NCBI GenBank assembly: GCA_963816145.1
Contig: CAWFJP010000030.1
Coordinates: forward strand, 288,001-352,000
DNA length: 64,000 nt
Direction of reading: 5' to 3'
Origin: an uncultured delta proteobacterium
GTDB taxonomy: Bacteria > Desulfobacterota > Binatia > UBA9968
Shown piece by piece: positions 50,394 through 59,845 of the stretch; positions within the stretch are counted from its first letter, which is position 1; each line of letters begins with the position of its first letter. Made by a program: the position numbers and the translations under genes. Below the pieces are notes generated by a model, which was not told the origin of the DNA, did no database searches, and saw only the letters and a program-made list of their open reading frames with translations.

Positions 50394-50530
50394 TTGTCTC
50401 CCGCACAGGCGCCAAGACGCAAAGGTCTCGGGCCAAGCCCGTCATCCCGAGCCATGGCGAGGGATCTAAGAAAATTTCTCTTTTCGGTCCTGATGAAGTG
50501 ATTCCGAACTTAACGTCTTTGCGGGAAAAT
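50394..50530. mobile_element. MITE-like element, family C copy 2 (inverted relative to copy 1)
   Basis: CTCCCGCACAGGCGCC...CCGTCATCCCGAG..GCGAGGGATCTAAGAAA...CGTCTTTGCGGGAAAAT. Confidence 0.65.
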
Positions 50531-50622
50531 CACCCGAATCCGAATGTCACCTCGACAAGTTTCTCATTGTATTGACTCCTCCTTCTTGGTAAGAGCGGGC
50601 TAGCTTTTACCCTGGAGGTCCC

Positions 50623-52266
50623 ATGAAAGTCGTCGACGTTATCGCCGAGATTTTGAAGCGCGAAGGCGTAGAGTTCCTCTCCTGCTACCCGACCAATACC
50701 ATGATCGAAGCTGCTGCGTCGGCGGGCATCCGGCCAATCGTCTGCCGCCAAGAGCGCGTCGGCGTCGGCATCGCCGACGGCTTTTCCCGCGTCACCAACG
50801 GCAAACGCATCGGCGTTTTCAGCATGCAAGCCGGACCAGGCGCGGAAAACGCCTACTCCGGCATCACGACTGCCTACTCGGACTCCACGCCGATCCTACT
50901 CTTGCCTGTCGGCCACGCGCGCAACACGTCGCAAGTGCATCGATTCTTTCGTTCGGTGGAAGCCTACGCTTCGGTCACTAAATGGACCGAAGAGATCACG
51001 CTGGCGAATCAAGTGCCGGAGATCATGCGGCGCGCCTTCAGTTATATGAAAATGGGCCGCCCTGGTCCGGTGCTGGTGGAGATCCCCAATGACGCCGCCA
51101 TCGAAGAATTCCCCGCGGCGGCGATCGACTACACGGCAGTCAAGCGCACCGTCGCCGGCGCCAATGTACAAGATGTCGAAGCCGCTGCCAGAGTTTTAGT
51201 CCAAGCCAAACGTCCAGTGATCGTCGCCGGCCAGGGCGTGCTTTGGGCCGAAGCGACGGCCGAGTTGGTCGAGCTTGCGGAACTCTTGCAAGCGCCGGTA
51301 ACCACACCGCTCGAGGGCAAGAGCGCTTTTCCCGAGCATCATCCCTTGTCCCTCGGCACCGGCGCCGGTGTCATGCCCCGGCCAGTGCACAGCTTCTTGC
51401 AGAAAGCCGATGTCGTCTTCGCTATCGGCGCGAGCTTGACTAAACACAACATCGTCGCCGCGCCGATCCCGGCGGGTAAGACGATCATTCACGCCACCAA
51501 CGACGAACGCGACTTGAACAAACACTACGCCACTGATTATCCGCTGTTGGGCGACGCCAAGCCGGTATTGCAGCAATTCATCGCAGCGGTAAAAGATCAG
51601 CTCGGCAACAAAAAGCGCGAAGCCAACGGCGTCGCCGCAGAGATCAAAAAGGGCAAAGAAGAGTGGATGGCGGAGTGGCTGCCAAAGCTCACGTCGAGCG
51701 AAAAACCGATGACACCCTACCGCGTCATGTGGGAGTTCATGAATCTGTTCGACCGCAAAGATGTCATCGTCACCCACGACGCCGGCAGCCCGCGCAACCA
51801 ACTCGTGCCGTTTTACCAAGCGCCAGTGCCGCGCAGTTACCTGGGCTGGGGCAAGTCCCACGCTCTGGGAACCGGTTTGGGTTTAATTATGGGCGCCAAG
51901 CTCGCCGCCCCGGAAAGGTTCTGTGTCAACTTTATGGGCGACGCGGCCTTCGGCATGACCGGTTTGGATTTCGAAACCGCCGTGCGCAATAACATCCCGA
52001 CTTTGACAATCGTGTTGAATAACAACTTCATGGCCGCCGAAACCCACAGCATGCAAGCCTCCCACGAACGCTACGGCACCATGAATATTCTCGGCAACTA
52101 CGCCGACCTGGCAAAATCCCTCGGCGGCTGGTCGGAGCGCGTCGAAGATCCCGGACAAATCGTCCCGGCGCTCCAGCGCGCCTACAAAACAACTCAAGAC
52201 GGCAAGGCGGCGTTGCTGGAGTTTGTCACTAGCCGGGAGATCGCTTATTCAAGAATGAGAGATTGA
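50623..52266 (+). CDS. thiamine pyrophosphate-requiring enzyme (acetolactate synthase-like)
   Basis: CRQERVG, GPGAEN, RPGPVLVEIP, MGDAAFGM...LNN TPP motif. Confidence 0.92.
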   Translation: MKVVDVIAEILKREGVEFLSCYPTNTMIEAAASAGIRPIVCRQERVGVGIADGFSRVTNGKRIGVFSMQAGPGAENAYSGITTAYSDSTPILLLPVGHARNTSQVHRFFRSVEAYASVTKWTEEITLANQVPEIMRRAFSYMKMGRPGPVLVEIPNDAAIEEFPAAAIDYTAVKRTVAGANVQDVEAAARVLVQAKRPVIVAGQGVLWAEATAELVELAELLQAPVTTPLEGKSAFPEHHPLSLGTGAGVMPRPVHSFLQKADVVFAIGASLTKHNIVAAPIPAGKTIIHATNDERDLNKHYATDYPLLGDAKPVLQQFIAAVKDQLGNKKREANGVAAEIKKGKEEWMAEWLPKLTSSEKPMTPYRVMWEFMNLFDRKDVIVTHDAGSPRNQLVPFYQAPVPRSYLGWGKSHALGTGLGLIMGAKLAAPERFCVNFMGDAAFGMTGLDFETAVRNNIPTLTIVLNNNFMAAETHSMQASHERYGTMNILGNYADLAKSLGGWSERVEDPGQIVPALQRAYKTTQDGKAALLEFVTSREIAYSRMRD

Positions 52267-52375
52267 CGACAGATTTTGCTGGTGTGTGAAATGGGGGAGA
52301 ATTAGCTCCTGAGTAGCTAATACTGATCCGCCGTGCACTTTGCATAGTAAACCTTCAGCTCAAGCCAGCAACAAA

Positions 52376-52602
52376 ACTGAATGACACTTGGCTTCAAGCG
52401 ACGGGGTTCTGAATTCATCGAATGAAAGTCGGCTCTCCCTTCGTCAATCCGGCGCAGAGCCTGCCCCGAACTCGATCTGGGGCCGGAATCCAGACTTTTG
52501 AACTCGAACCGGACTCGAATCGGGATGCCGGCTTGCGCCGGCATGACAAATCTTCCCTTGGCATGAAGGCGAGGGATTCTAATTCTCCCCGAGAGACACC
52601 AA
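52376..52602. mobile_element. non-autonomous palindromic element, family B copy 3
   Basis: ACTGAATGACACTTGGCTTCAAG...GCCTGCCCCGAACTCGATCTGGGG...GCATGAAGGCGAGGGATTCTAATTCTCCCCGAGAGACACCAA. Confidence 0.72.
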
Positions 52603-52660
52603 CTCATACCCCCCCCGGACATATTGACTTGCTCCATCGAAATGTTTACCCGTATTTGCC

Positions 52661-52984
52661 GTGGGCCGTACTCTTATCAACTGCCTTCTCGTGCTGAGCC
52701 TCGTTCTCGGCGTCGCGCCGGCGGGTGCGGTCTTCCCGCACGAGCTAAGCGAGCGATCGACTGAGCCTGGAACTCCCCTTGAACGGGAGGAAGCGGTCGC
52801 ACGCTCCGCCGTCTCGCGGGCAGCGTCAAATCGGAGCGGCAAATATAGCCCAGCCGATCTCCCCGGACGATTGATAATCATTACGGCCGCGCCGCAATCG
52901 ATTTCTGCGCAACCACTACCGCTCGCCCCTTCTGTCAGCTCTCCGCCTCATCTGCATCAGCTTTACGGCGTGCTGCGTATCTAA
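52661..52984 (+). CDS. small protein with signal-like N terminus upstream of terC (possible leader)
   Basis: GTG start, hydrophobic LLVLSLVLGVAPAGA, Pro/Ser-rich C terminus ending HLHQLYGVLRI. No clear RBS. Confidence 0.5.
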   Translation: MGRTLINCLLVLSLVLGVAPAGAVFPHELSERSTEPGTPLEREEAVARSAVSRAASNRSGKYSPADLPGRLIIITAAPQSISAQPLPLAPSVSSPPHLHQLYGVLRI

Positions 52985-53063
52985 ACTCGTCTCCGTTCAT
53001 TCTAGTTTTGTGACCTGGCCCATTCCTGTGCTTCTATAGCTCTTTTTTCGGAACGGAGACCCC

Positions 53064-54008
53064 ATGGATTCGGATCGCCTACTGCTGTGGATTGTTTTCA
53101 ATATTTTCGTATTTGGCATGCTCACCCTCGATCTGGGTGTGTTTCACCGTAAGGCTCATGCGGTGTCGCTCAAAGAGGCCGGCGTTTGGAGCTGTATTTG
53201 GGTGAGCTTAGCGCTGGTCTTTAACTTCGGGATTTACTACCTCTGGGGACAGGAGAAGGCACTGGAGTTCTTGACCGGTTACGTCATCGAAAAATCGCTC
53301 AGCGTCGACAACCTCTTTGTCTTCTTAATGATCTTCCAATATTTTAACACCCCGGCGGAGTACCAGCACCGGATTTTGTTCTGGGGCATTGTCGGCGCGT
53401 TGATTCTGCGCGCGATCTTCATCGCCACCGGTTCGGCTCTGTTGTCGAATTTCCATTGGATGATCTACGTCTTTGGCGGCTTTCTTGTCATCACCGGTAT
53501 CAAGATGTTCATGCAGGGCGACGAGAAGATCGAGCCGGAGAAAAACCCGGTGGTGCGGCTGTTTCAGCGCATGATGCCGGTGACCCACAATTATCACGGT
53601 CAGAATTTCTTCGTCTCGAAGGACGGGAAGAGACAGGCCACGCTGATGATGGTCGTGCTGATCGTGGTGGAAACCACCGACGTAATCTTCGCGGTCGACT
53701 CGATACCGGCGATCTTCGCCATCACCACCGACCCGTTCATCGTCTACACGTCCAACGTGTTTGCCATCCTCGGCCTGCGCGCCCTCTATTTCATGCTCGC
53801 GGGCGTTATGGAAATGTTTGTCTACCTGAAAGTAGGTCTTTCCTTTGTGCTGGTTTTCGTCGGCGTCAAGATGACCCTGGTCGACGTCTACAAGATCCCC
53901 ATCGGCGCATCGCTTGGCGTGATTGGCGGGATACTCTTGCTTTCGGTCCTGATGTCCCTGGCATCTCAGCGCCGCCCGGTTCCAAGCAGCAGTGACGAGC
54001 CCCTCTAG
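53064..54008 (+). CDS. TerC family membrane protein (Alx/MeeF-like)
   Basis: LDLGVFHRK, EKSLSVDNLFVF, ETTDVIFAVDSIPAIFA, SNVFAILGLR. Confidence 0.93.
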   Translation: MDSDRLLLWIVFNIFVFGMLTLDLGVFHRKAHAVSLKEAGVWSCIWVSLALVFNFGIYYLWGQEKALEFLTGYVIEKSLSVDNLFVFLMIFQYFNTPAEYQHRILFWGIVGALILRAIFIATGSALLSNFHWMIYVFGGFLVITGIKMFMQGDEKIEPEKNPVVRLFQRMMPVTHNYHGQNFFVSKDGKRQATLMMVVLIVVETTDVIFAVDSIPAIFAITTDPFIVYTSNVFAILGLRALYFMLAGVMEMFVYLKVGLSFVLVFVGVKMTLVDVYKIPIGASLGVIGGILLLSVLMSLASQRRPVPSSSDEPL

Positions 54009-54100
54009 ACCGGCTGGGTTATGCGCCATGGCAGCAGCAGAGCGGACCAAGCTTGAGTTTTCCGAAGACACGAATTAGCTTAGCGCCGGAGGGATTTTCC

Positions 54101-55123
54101 ATGCTGCATACCCAAGTAACTCGCCGGATCGTGTCGCTATCGTTTCTCATAGGAGCACTGGTCATCGCGCAAGGCACGCTATTCGCTCAATCGCTCGACG
54201 TTGAAGCCGCCAAGAAGGAAGGCAAAGTCACTGTCTACGGCACGACGGTTACGAACGTCATGGTGCCGATCCATACGGCCTTCGAAAAGCGCTATGGCGT
54301 CAAGGTGGACTATTGGCGCGCTTCGGCGACGGCTGTCGCCGAACGGGCGATCGCCGAATGGCGCGCGGGCAAGCCGGGATTCGATGTCATCTTCGCGATC
54401 AACGGCACGGTCGCGCTCTTGAAAGGCGAAAACGCTCTGGCCAAGTTCACAGCGCCGGCCGCGGCCAAGTTTCCTGCGCAGTTCAAAGACAAGGACGGTA
54501 TCTTGACGGCGTTCCGCCATACGCCGATCAGCCTGCTCTACAATACGGAGTTAGTGAAGCCCGCCGACCTGCCCAAAGGATTCGACGACTTGCTCGATGC
54601 CAAATGGCAGGGCAAGATCTCGATCCCCGATCCGTCGCGCCACACCAGCACGGCGCAGTTTCTCTGGAACCTGCAGAAGATCAAAGGCGACAAATGGATG
54701 GACTACGTGCGCGCGCTGGCAAAGCAGAAGCCATTTTTGGTCGAGTCCTTCGCGCCGCTGCCGCAAGCACTAGTCAAAGGCGAAGCCCATATCGGCATCA
54801 CTTATGCTCAATACACCACACAAGTAAAAGGGCCGTTGAGCCACGTAGTCTTCGACAAAGTTTTTACGGATTCCACAGACCTGGCTTTGGGAGCCAAGGT
54901 GGCGAGCCCTAACGCCGGCAAATTATACATCGACTTCCTCTGCACTCCGGAAATCCAAAAGATCATCGCAGACGCCGGCGACTTCCCCCTTGCCCCGGGC
55001 GTCTATCCCAACGTCAAAGACGCCGAGAAGGTCGTCGCCAACGCGATCTTCATGGACAACCCGAGCGAGGAGGAGTTCAAGAAACTGCGAGCCGAGTTTC
55101 GCAAGATTTTCGTAGGGCAGTAA
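54101..55123 (+). CDS. extracellular solute-binding protein (AfuA/FbpA-like)
   Basis: Signal peptide; AKKEGKVTVYG, FEKRYGVKVDYWRA, LLYNT, SPNAGKLYIDF. Paralogue of 43884..44873. Confidence 0.85.
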   Translation: MLHTQVTRRIVSLSFLIGALVIAQGTLFAQSLDVEAAKKEGKVTVYGTTVTNVMVPIHTAFEKRYGVKVDYWRASATAVAERAIAEWRAGKPGFDVIFAINGTVALLKGENALAKFTAPAAAKFPAQFKDKDGILTAFRHTPISLLYNTELVKPADLPKGFDDLLDAKWQGKISIPDPSRHTSTAQFLWNLQKIKGDKWMDYVRALAKQKPFLVESFAPLPQALVKGEAHIGITYAQYTTQVKGPLSHVVFDKVFTDSTDLALGAKVASPNAGKLYIDFLCTPEIQKIIADAGDFPLAPGVYPNVKDAEKVVANAIFMDNPSEEEFKKLRAEFRKIFVGQ

Positions 55124-55288
55124 AGACCGCGTCGACACGAACTTTCACATTGCGTCTTCGCCGGCTTCATTTTTAACAATCCCTTCGCCTGAGGCTTTGT
55201 ACAGGAAAGGTTAATCAAGGACTGGGCTAACTTTCTTGTTCGATATCCTACGCATAAACTTTTGAACCTAGAACCTTTGAACGGAAAT

Positions 55289-56380
55289 TTAGGGCATAAC
55301 CCCATTCGCCCGCAGCGCTGACTGATAACGTTTCGGGATCTCCGGGTCTTCGTTTTCGTAGGTGATCATCCAACCGCCTTCATCGACACTGCGGAAGACA
55401 TCGTCATCAGTCTTCTGGTGCGACACTTTGAAACCCAGCGGATGGATGCGGCTGCCGTAACGCACGGCTAGATGACGCGCCGGTTCTTTGCCGGTGTTGA
55501 AATGCTGGTGAAACCAGTCACCCGGCGGGCAGTAGATGCTGCCCTCGCCCCATTTGATGTCGATGATCTTGTCTTCGTGGCCGTCCGTGTACGGGTGCAT
55601 GCCCCATTGTTTGTGCCACAGGAGCACGTTACCGACCGACTTCGTGCCGACGATGATCGCGCCCGGGCCATGATAGTGCGCTTTGTGGTATTTGCCCACC
55701 GGCCACTCGCCCAAATGACCGACCAGCGCGTTGCCGGCCATTTCAAATTGCGCCAGGCGCAGACCGGCGCCTTTCACTTCAAGGCTTTCCAGCATTGCGG
55801 CATTGATGTCGGGAATAAAATTGGTCTCCCAGATATTGATCAAGCCGCTTACGTAACGCTTTTTACCAACCTCGAAATAATCCTCCTCGCCGTAGTAACG
55901 GTCTTTGAAACTGTAGGGGCAATTGAAAACAAAATTCTCATCGCGGTAGATATCGAACGTTAAGGGTGCATTGGTCACGGCGAGAAAACGCACCGGCTCG
56001 CGGGAGCCATTGACCAGGCGATGGACCGTGTTCAGCGGCGGCGCGAACAGACTCCACTTGTTCCACTCGAACATTTTTTTGTTGCCATGGTCGTCCCACA
56101 ACTCGGTGGCACCCTGGCCGTTCAAGATACAAATGACTTCTTCATAGAGATGGCGCTCTGGTTTGAGCGTATCACCCGGCGGTATCTCGCCGATGTAGCC
56201 GCCGGTAATCCCCTGCATGCCATGCAGGTGAATGAATGCGGCGTTGCCGCCCATACGGGCATAGGGCGCGACTTCGAGGGCGCGCAGATCGGCCATGCCA
56301 TGGCCGTTGTGAATCGGCAGCCCCTGGCTCTTCATCCAGCGAACGTAACCGGTTTTTTCATTGAGTGGCGCAATGTCCAT
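55289..56380 (-). CDS. bicupin protein (gentisate 1,2-dioxygenase-like fold)
   Basis: GGAGG RBS before ATG at 56380; ERHLYEE, PPLNTVH, KAHYHGPGA, WFHQHFNTG. Confidence 0.85.
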   Translation of the reverse strand: MDIAPLNEKTGYVRWMKSQGLPIHNGHGMADLRALEVAPYARMGGNAAFIHLHGMQGITGGYIGEIPPGDTLKPERHLYEEVICILNGQGATELWDDHGNKKMFEWNKWSLFAPPLNTVHRLVNGSREPVRFLAVTNAPLTFDIYRDENFVFNCPYSFKDRYYGEEDYFEVGKKRYVSGLINIWETNFIPDINAAMLESLEVKGAGLRLAQFEMAGNALVGHLGEWPVGKYHKAHYHGPGAIIVGTKSVGNVLLWHKQWGMHPYTDGHEDKIIDIKWGEGSIYCPPGDWFHQHFNTGKEPARHLAVRYGSRIHPLGFKVSHQKTDDDVFRSVDEGGWMITYENEDPEIPKRYQSALRANGVMP

Positions 56381-56429
56381 CGGTTCCTCCGTCGGTGGGT
56401 TAATGCTATCTACCCGCGAATTTTGTGAT

Positions 56430-56497
56430 CGTTCAAGGACCAGATCAAGACATAAAGCCGAATTCGGATTCGACCTTGAACTCTTGAACCTTGAACA
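56430..56497. repeat. GTTCAA/TTGAAC repeat, same family as 36680
   Basis: GTTCAAGG...GACCTTGAACTCTTGAACCTTGAAC. A shorter relative, TTGAACCTAGAACCTTTGAAC, lies at ~55262..55282. Confidence 0.6.
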
Positions 56498-56501
56498 CCG
56501 G

Positions 56502-57536
56502 CTATGCCGGTTTGTGCCAGAACTCCGGATTATTTTTGAAAATGTTCTTGGGAATCTTGGCATAGACGAGATTGACGATATCGACGGCTTCGCCAATTCC
56601 CAAGTCCACGGCCAGGCTCGACAGCGCGTAGGCATCCGCCGCACTCAGCCCTTTTTCCTCCTGGAGATAGTCGACCGCTTCTTGCAGCGCGATGCGCGTG
56701 GCAATGTTAAGATCGACGTCGAGGCCGGTGGTCAGATAATCGATCGCGGTTTCGACCCGCGGCTGCCTGATCGTCTTGCCCTTGTGCACGATAAACTGCA
56801 GCGTCGGCTTGAGCGAGATTTCAATCGCGCCGCCGTCCACCTCGCCGTCACCCTGCACGGCATGACCGTCACCGGTAAAGAATTGCCCGCCTTTGTTGAA
56901 TACCGGCAGGAACAACGATGAACCGATGCCGGTGTATTTCAAATCGATATTGCCGCCCCAAGCGCCCGGCGGCGTCGATGAGACCATTCCCAAACTCGTC
57001 GGCGGCGACACCGCCATGATGCCCATGAACGGATTGAGCGGAATCTGAATGTCGTCGGAGAACAGCGCCACACGCCGTTCGAGATCGATGCGGATCAGTT
57101 TCGCGGTGGCGTCTTTGAGCAGCTTCGGTAGCACGCCTTTGCCGGGTCCGGTATTATTGACGCCATAGGGCACGCGAAACTTGATGTCGTGAACACGGAT
57201 CTCCAAGGTATCGCCGGGATCAGCTCCCTCGATATAGATCGGCCCGGTGAGAATATGCACGCTGGCGCCCTTGGGGCGTTTCACCTCGGCGTAAATACTC
57301 TTCGCATCGGCGAGCACTTCATTGCCCGGAATTCCGTAACCGGCGAAAAACTTCTCGGGATCTTTATTGGTGGTCAGCCCCTGGTGCGACAGCGCTTCGA
57401 TCTCGACGATCTGCCCCGATTTGATCGTCAACGCCGGCTGTAGATTCGCCGCGATATAACCCCAGAGGATCGTATCGGGCGTCGATTTCAACGTCGCGTC
57501 GGGCTGAACGGTAGGTTGGATCGCGGTTTCACTCAT
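56502..57536 (-). CDS. acetamidase/formamidase family protein
   Basis: HILTGPIYIEGA.PGD, PFMGIM, GGNID, GDGHAVQGDGEVDGGAIE, DAYALSS. Confidence 0.92.
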   Translation of the reverse strand: MSETAIQPTVQPDATLKSTPDTILWGYIAANLQPALTIKSGQIVEIEALSHQGLTTNKDPEKFFAGYGIPGNEVLADAKSIYAEVKRPKGASVHILTGPIYIEGADPGDTLEIRVHDIKFRVPYGVNNTGPGKGVLPKLLKDATAKLIRIDLERRVALFSDDIQIPLNPFMGIMAVSPPTSLGMVSSTPPGAWGGNIDLKYTGIGSSLFLPVFNKGGQFFTGDGHAVQGDGEVDGGAIEISLKPTLQFIVHKGKTIRQPRVETAIDYLTTGLDVDLNIATRIALQEAVDYLQEEKGLSAADAYALSSLAVDLGIGEAVDIVNLVYAKIPKNIFKNNPEFWHKPA

Positions 57537-57598
57537 GGTTGCTCCGATTCCCGGCGAAGTTATCCGATCGACCGAAAGACTGTCAACGCGCGTCAAGC

Positions 57599-57624
57599 GG
57601 GCGGGTTTAAAACCCGCCCTCTAC
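57599..57624 (-). repeat. GTAG-type REP palindrome
   Basis: Minus strand reads GTAG-AGGGCGGGTTTTAAACCCGCCC. Confidence 0.65.
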
Positions 57625-57746
57625 ATTCGGAATTCCTCTTGGAATTTTTTGCACCCTTTGCGTTCTTTCCGGTCATATTTCCGAGTACTGACCTTCCACT
57701 CTGCGACCTCGGTTACTCTGCGGTGAGTCTTGTCGAATCCCGGACC

Positions 57747-57786
57747 AAAAAAAGGCGGTGAAGTCGCAAAAACTCCCCCGCCTTTA
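57747..57786 (-). terminator. Rho-independent terminator for the SDR gene
   Basis: Plus strand AAAAAAAGGCGG...CCGCCTTT gives a hairpin plus T run on the minus strand. Confidence 0.6.
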
Positions 57787-57803
57787 CTTAAAATATTGAG
57801 AAT

Positions 57804-58550
57804 CTAATCGCGGATCGCCAACGCGCCGCCGTCGACCGGCAAATCGATCGCATAGATGAACTCCGACTCGTCGGAAACCATGAACACGACCGCTTTGGCA
57901 ATGTCCATCGGCACGCCGCGCCGACCGGCGAGATTTTTCACGAAACGATTTTCCGGCACGTCCTGTTGCCCGACCGGCGAGCCGATGCGGTTGGGAGAGA
58001 CGGAATTAACCCGGATGCCTTCCGGCGCCAGTTGCACGGCGATGGAGCGGGTCAGGTTCAACACGCCGGCTTTCGCAGTAGTGTAAGCGGTCGCTTCTTT
58101 GCGGCCCCAGTGGCCCGAAGTCGACGCGATGTTGACGATCCGGCCTTTGCGCTTTTGGTCGATCATGACCTTGGCCGCTGCGCGGGTGCAGTACCACACG
58201 CTGCGCATGCACACGTTCATCGTCCGGTCCCACTCTTCTTCGGAGATGTCGAAAATAGTTTTATGGTCGGTCCAGGCCGCGTTGTTGACCAAGATATCGA
58301 CACCGCCAAAAGCTTTCACCACCTTCTCCACCATGCTGTTGACGGAACTGGCGTTGGCGACATCACAGACGACCGAAATAGCTTTGCCAGGATTCTTGGC
58401 ATTGATTTCTCCGGCGACCTTGCTGCCCCGCCCCGGATCTAAATCAACAACCGCGACCTTGGCGCCTTCCTCGACGAATAGTTTGCAAACATCTTCGCCG
58501 ATATTGCGCCCCGCGCCGGTCACGATCGCCACTTGATCTTTAAGTCTCAT
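57804..58550 (-). CDS. SDR family oxidoreductase
   Basis: GGAGG RBS; TGAGRNIG, LVNNA, YTTAK, IRVNSVSP. Confidence 0.92.
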   Translation of the reverse strand: MRLKDQVAIVTGAGRNIGEDVCKLFVEEGAKVAVVDLDPGRGSKVAGEINAKNPGKAISVVCDVANASSVNSMVEKVVKAFGGVDILVNNAAWTDHKTIFDISEEEWDRTMNVCMRSVWYCTRAAAKVMIDQKRKGRIVNIASTSGHWGRKEATAYTTAKAGVLNLTRSIAVQLAPEGIRVNSVSPNRIGSPVGQQDVPENRFVKNLAGRRGVPMDIAKAVVFMVSDESEFIYAIDLPVDGGALAIRD

Positions 58551-58740
58551 GAGTTCCTCCGATTTAATTTGTTCTCTGCTGCATATCAAAAGGGTTGTGA
58601 AAGTTCCAGTTCGGCGGCCTTAACCGGAGACTCGGCAAAGTCCCCATCGAGCAAGGATGCGCGAACAGAAGATCGCCATCTGCGATCTTCCCTCCTCGAT
58701 CCTGGATTTGTTCAATCTACGTGAATCTAACCGCGGCCGG

Positions 58741-59766
58741 TCAGAGGCTCACCTTCTCAACGTAAAGGTCCTTCAAGAACTTGCTGTTCTTGAGCTCGTC
58801 GAAAAAGCGCGGCTCAGTGATATCGGCGGGTTTGAGCTTGCCGGCGCGCTGGTCCGCCTGGGCGCTGACGTCGATGATCGCCTGAAGCGATTCATCGTTA
58901 AGCTCGGGCAGCGGCCGAAGTTGGGCGGAGTAAGCGTCGTACATGGTGTCGACCGAGATACCTTGAGTGCCGGGAAAGTATTTTTTCAAGATCGCCAAAC
59001 TTTCGCTCCGTTTCGAGATGAAATAATGGATCGCCGCCGCGTATCCTTTCATGAAACGGCGGATGACGTCTTCGTCCCGCTTGATAAACGAGCGCGTCGT
59101 CATCAACAGGTCAGTAAGCACGGGAACGCTTTTGATGTCGATAATCTTGATGCCGGCTTTCTTCGCTTCGGCGGCGATATCCTCCCGAAACGGCACTCCC
59201 TGCACCAGATTTTTTGACAGTGCTAACGCCCGTTGCGGCGCCAGGCCGGCAGCGACCATTTCAACATCCTTGGCCGGATCTAACCCGGCGCGCCGCAGCA
59301 TGACGCGGGCAATGAGATCCGAGCGCGCGCCGAGCGCGGAAACACCGACTTTTTGACCCTTTAAATCTTTGACCGCTTGGATGGATGAAGTGACACCCAT
59401 GCCGTACTGATCGAAGCTGACATGGGAGCCAATAACCGTGACATCACCGCCGCTCGCCACTGGCTGCACCACTGCAAGCGGATTGCCGAAACCGATCAAC
59501 AGGTCGACGCCAAGCAGCGATTGCACGCCGGCGCTCAGCGTGTCGCGGATCGGTAGCTCTTCGATGTCGAGGCCATGCTGTTTGAACAATCCCCCGTCGA
59601 CACCGATGTAAGCCACCGCTGTGCCGATTTCCCAACCGGCATAAGCCAAGCGCAGCTTCTTCGGACCATCAGCAGCCCGAGAAACGCCGGCGGCAAAAAC
59701 AACCAATCCAACTGCCAACCCCATCGAATAAATCCGAGGGAAGTTAAATCGACGAAAAATCATCAT
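58741..59766 (-). CDS. NMT1/SsuA-type ABC substrate-binding protein
   Basis: Signal peptide; GLFKQHGLDIE, DLKGQKVGVSALG. Exact start uncertain. Confidence 0.85.
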   Translation of the reverse strand: MMIFRRFNFPRIYSMGLAVGLVVFAAGVSRAADGPKKLRLAYAGWEIGTAVAYIGVDGGLFKQHGLDIEELPIRDTLSAGVQSLLGVDLLIGFGNPLAVVQPVASGGDVTVIGSHVSFDQYGMGVTSSIQAVKDLKGQKVGVSALGARSDLIARVMLRRAGLDPAKDVEMVAAGLAPQRALALSKNLVQGVPFREDIAAEAKKAGIKIIDIKSVPVLTDLLMTTRSFIKRDEDVIRRFMKGYAAAIHYFISKRSESLAILKKYFPGTQGISVDTMYDAYSAQLRPLPELNDESLQAIIDVSAQADQRAGKLKPADITEPRFFDELKNSKFLKDLYVEKVSL

Positions 59767-59845
59767 GCGGCATCATAGCCCACCAGAATCGGCGCGCCAA
59801 GAGGCCGGCGACTGTCATCTCGAGATAGCAGCAACCATTTGGACG

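Noticed and set aside
56381-56644. Extended N termini given by the ORF track (cupin from 56644; similarly 1628, 5178, 12597, 43788, 60865)
   Set aside because: The extensions run through repeats or neighbouring genes; downstream ATGs match family starts and often have an RBS.
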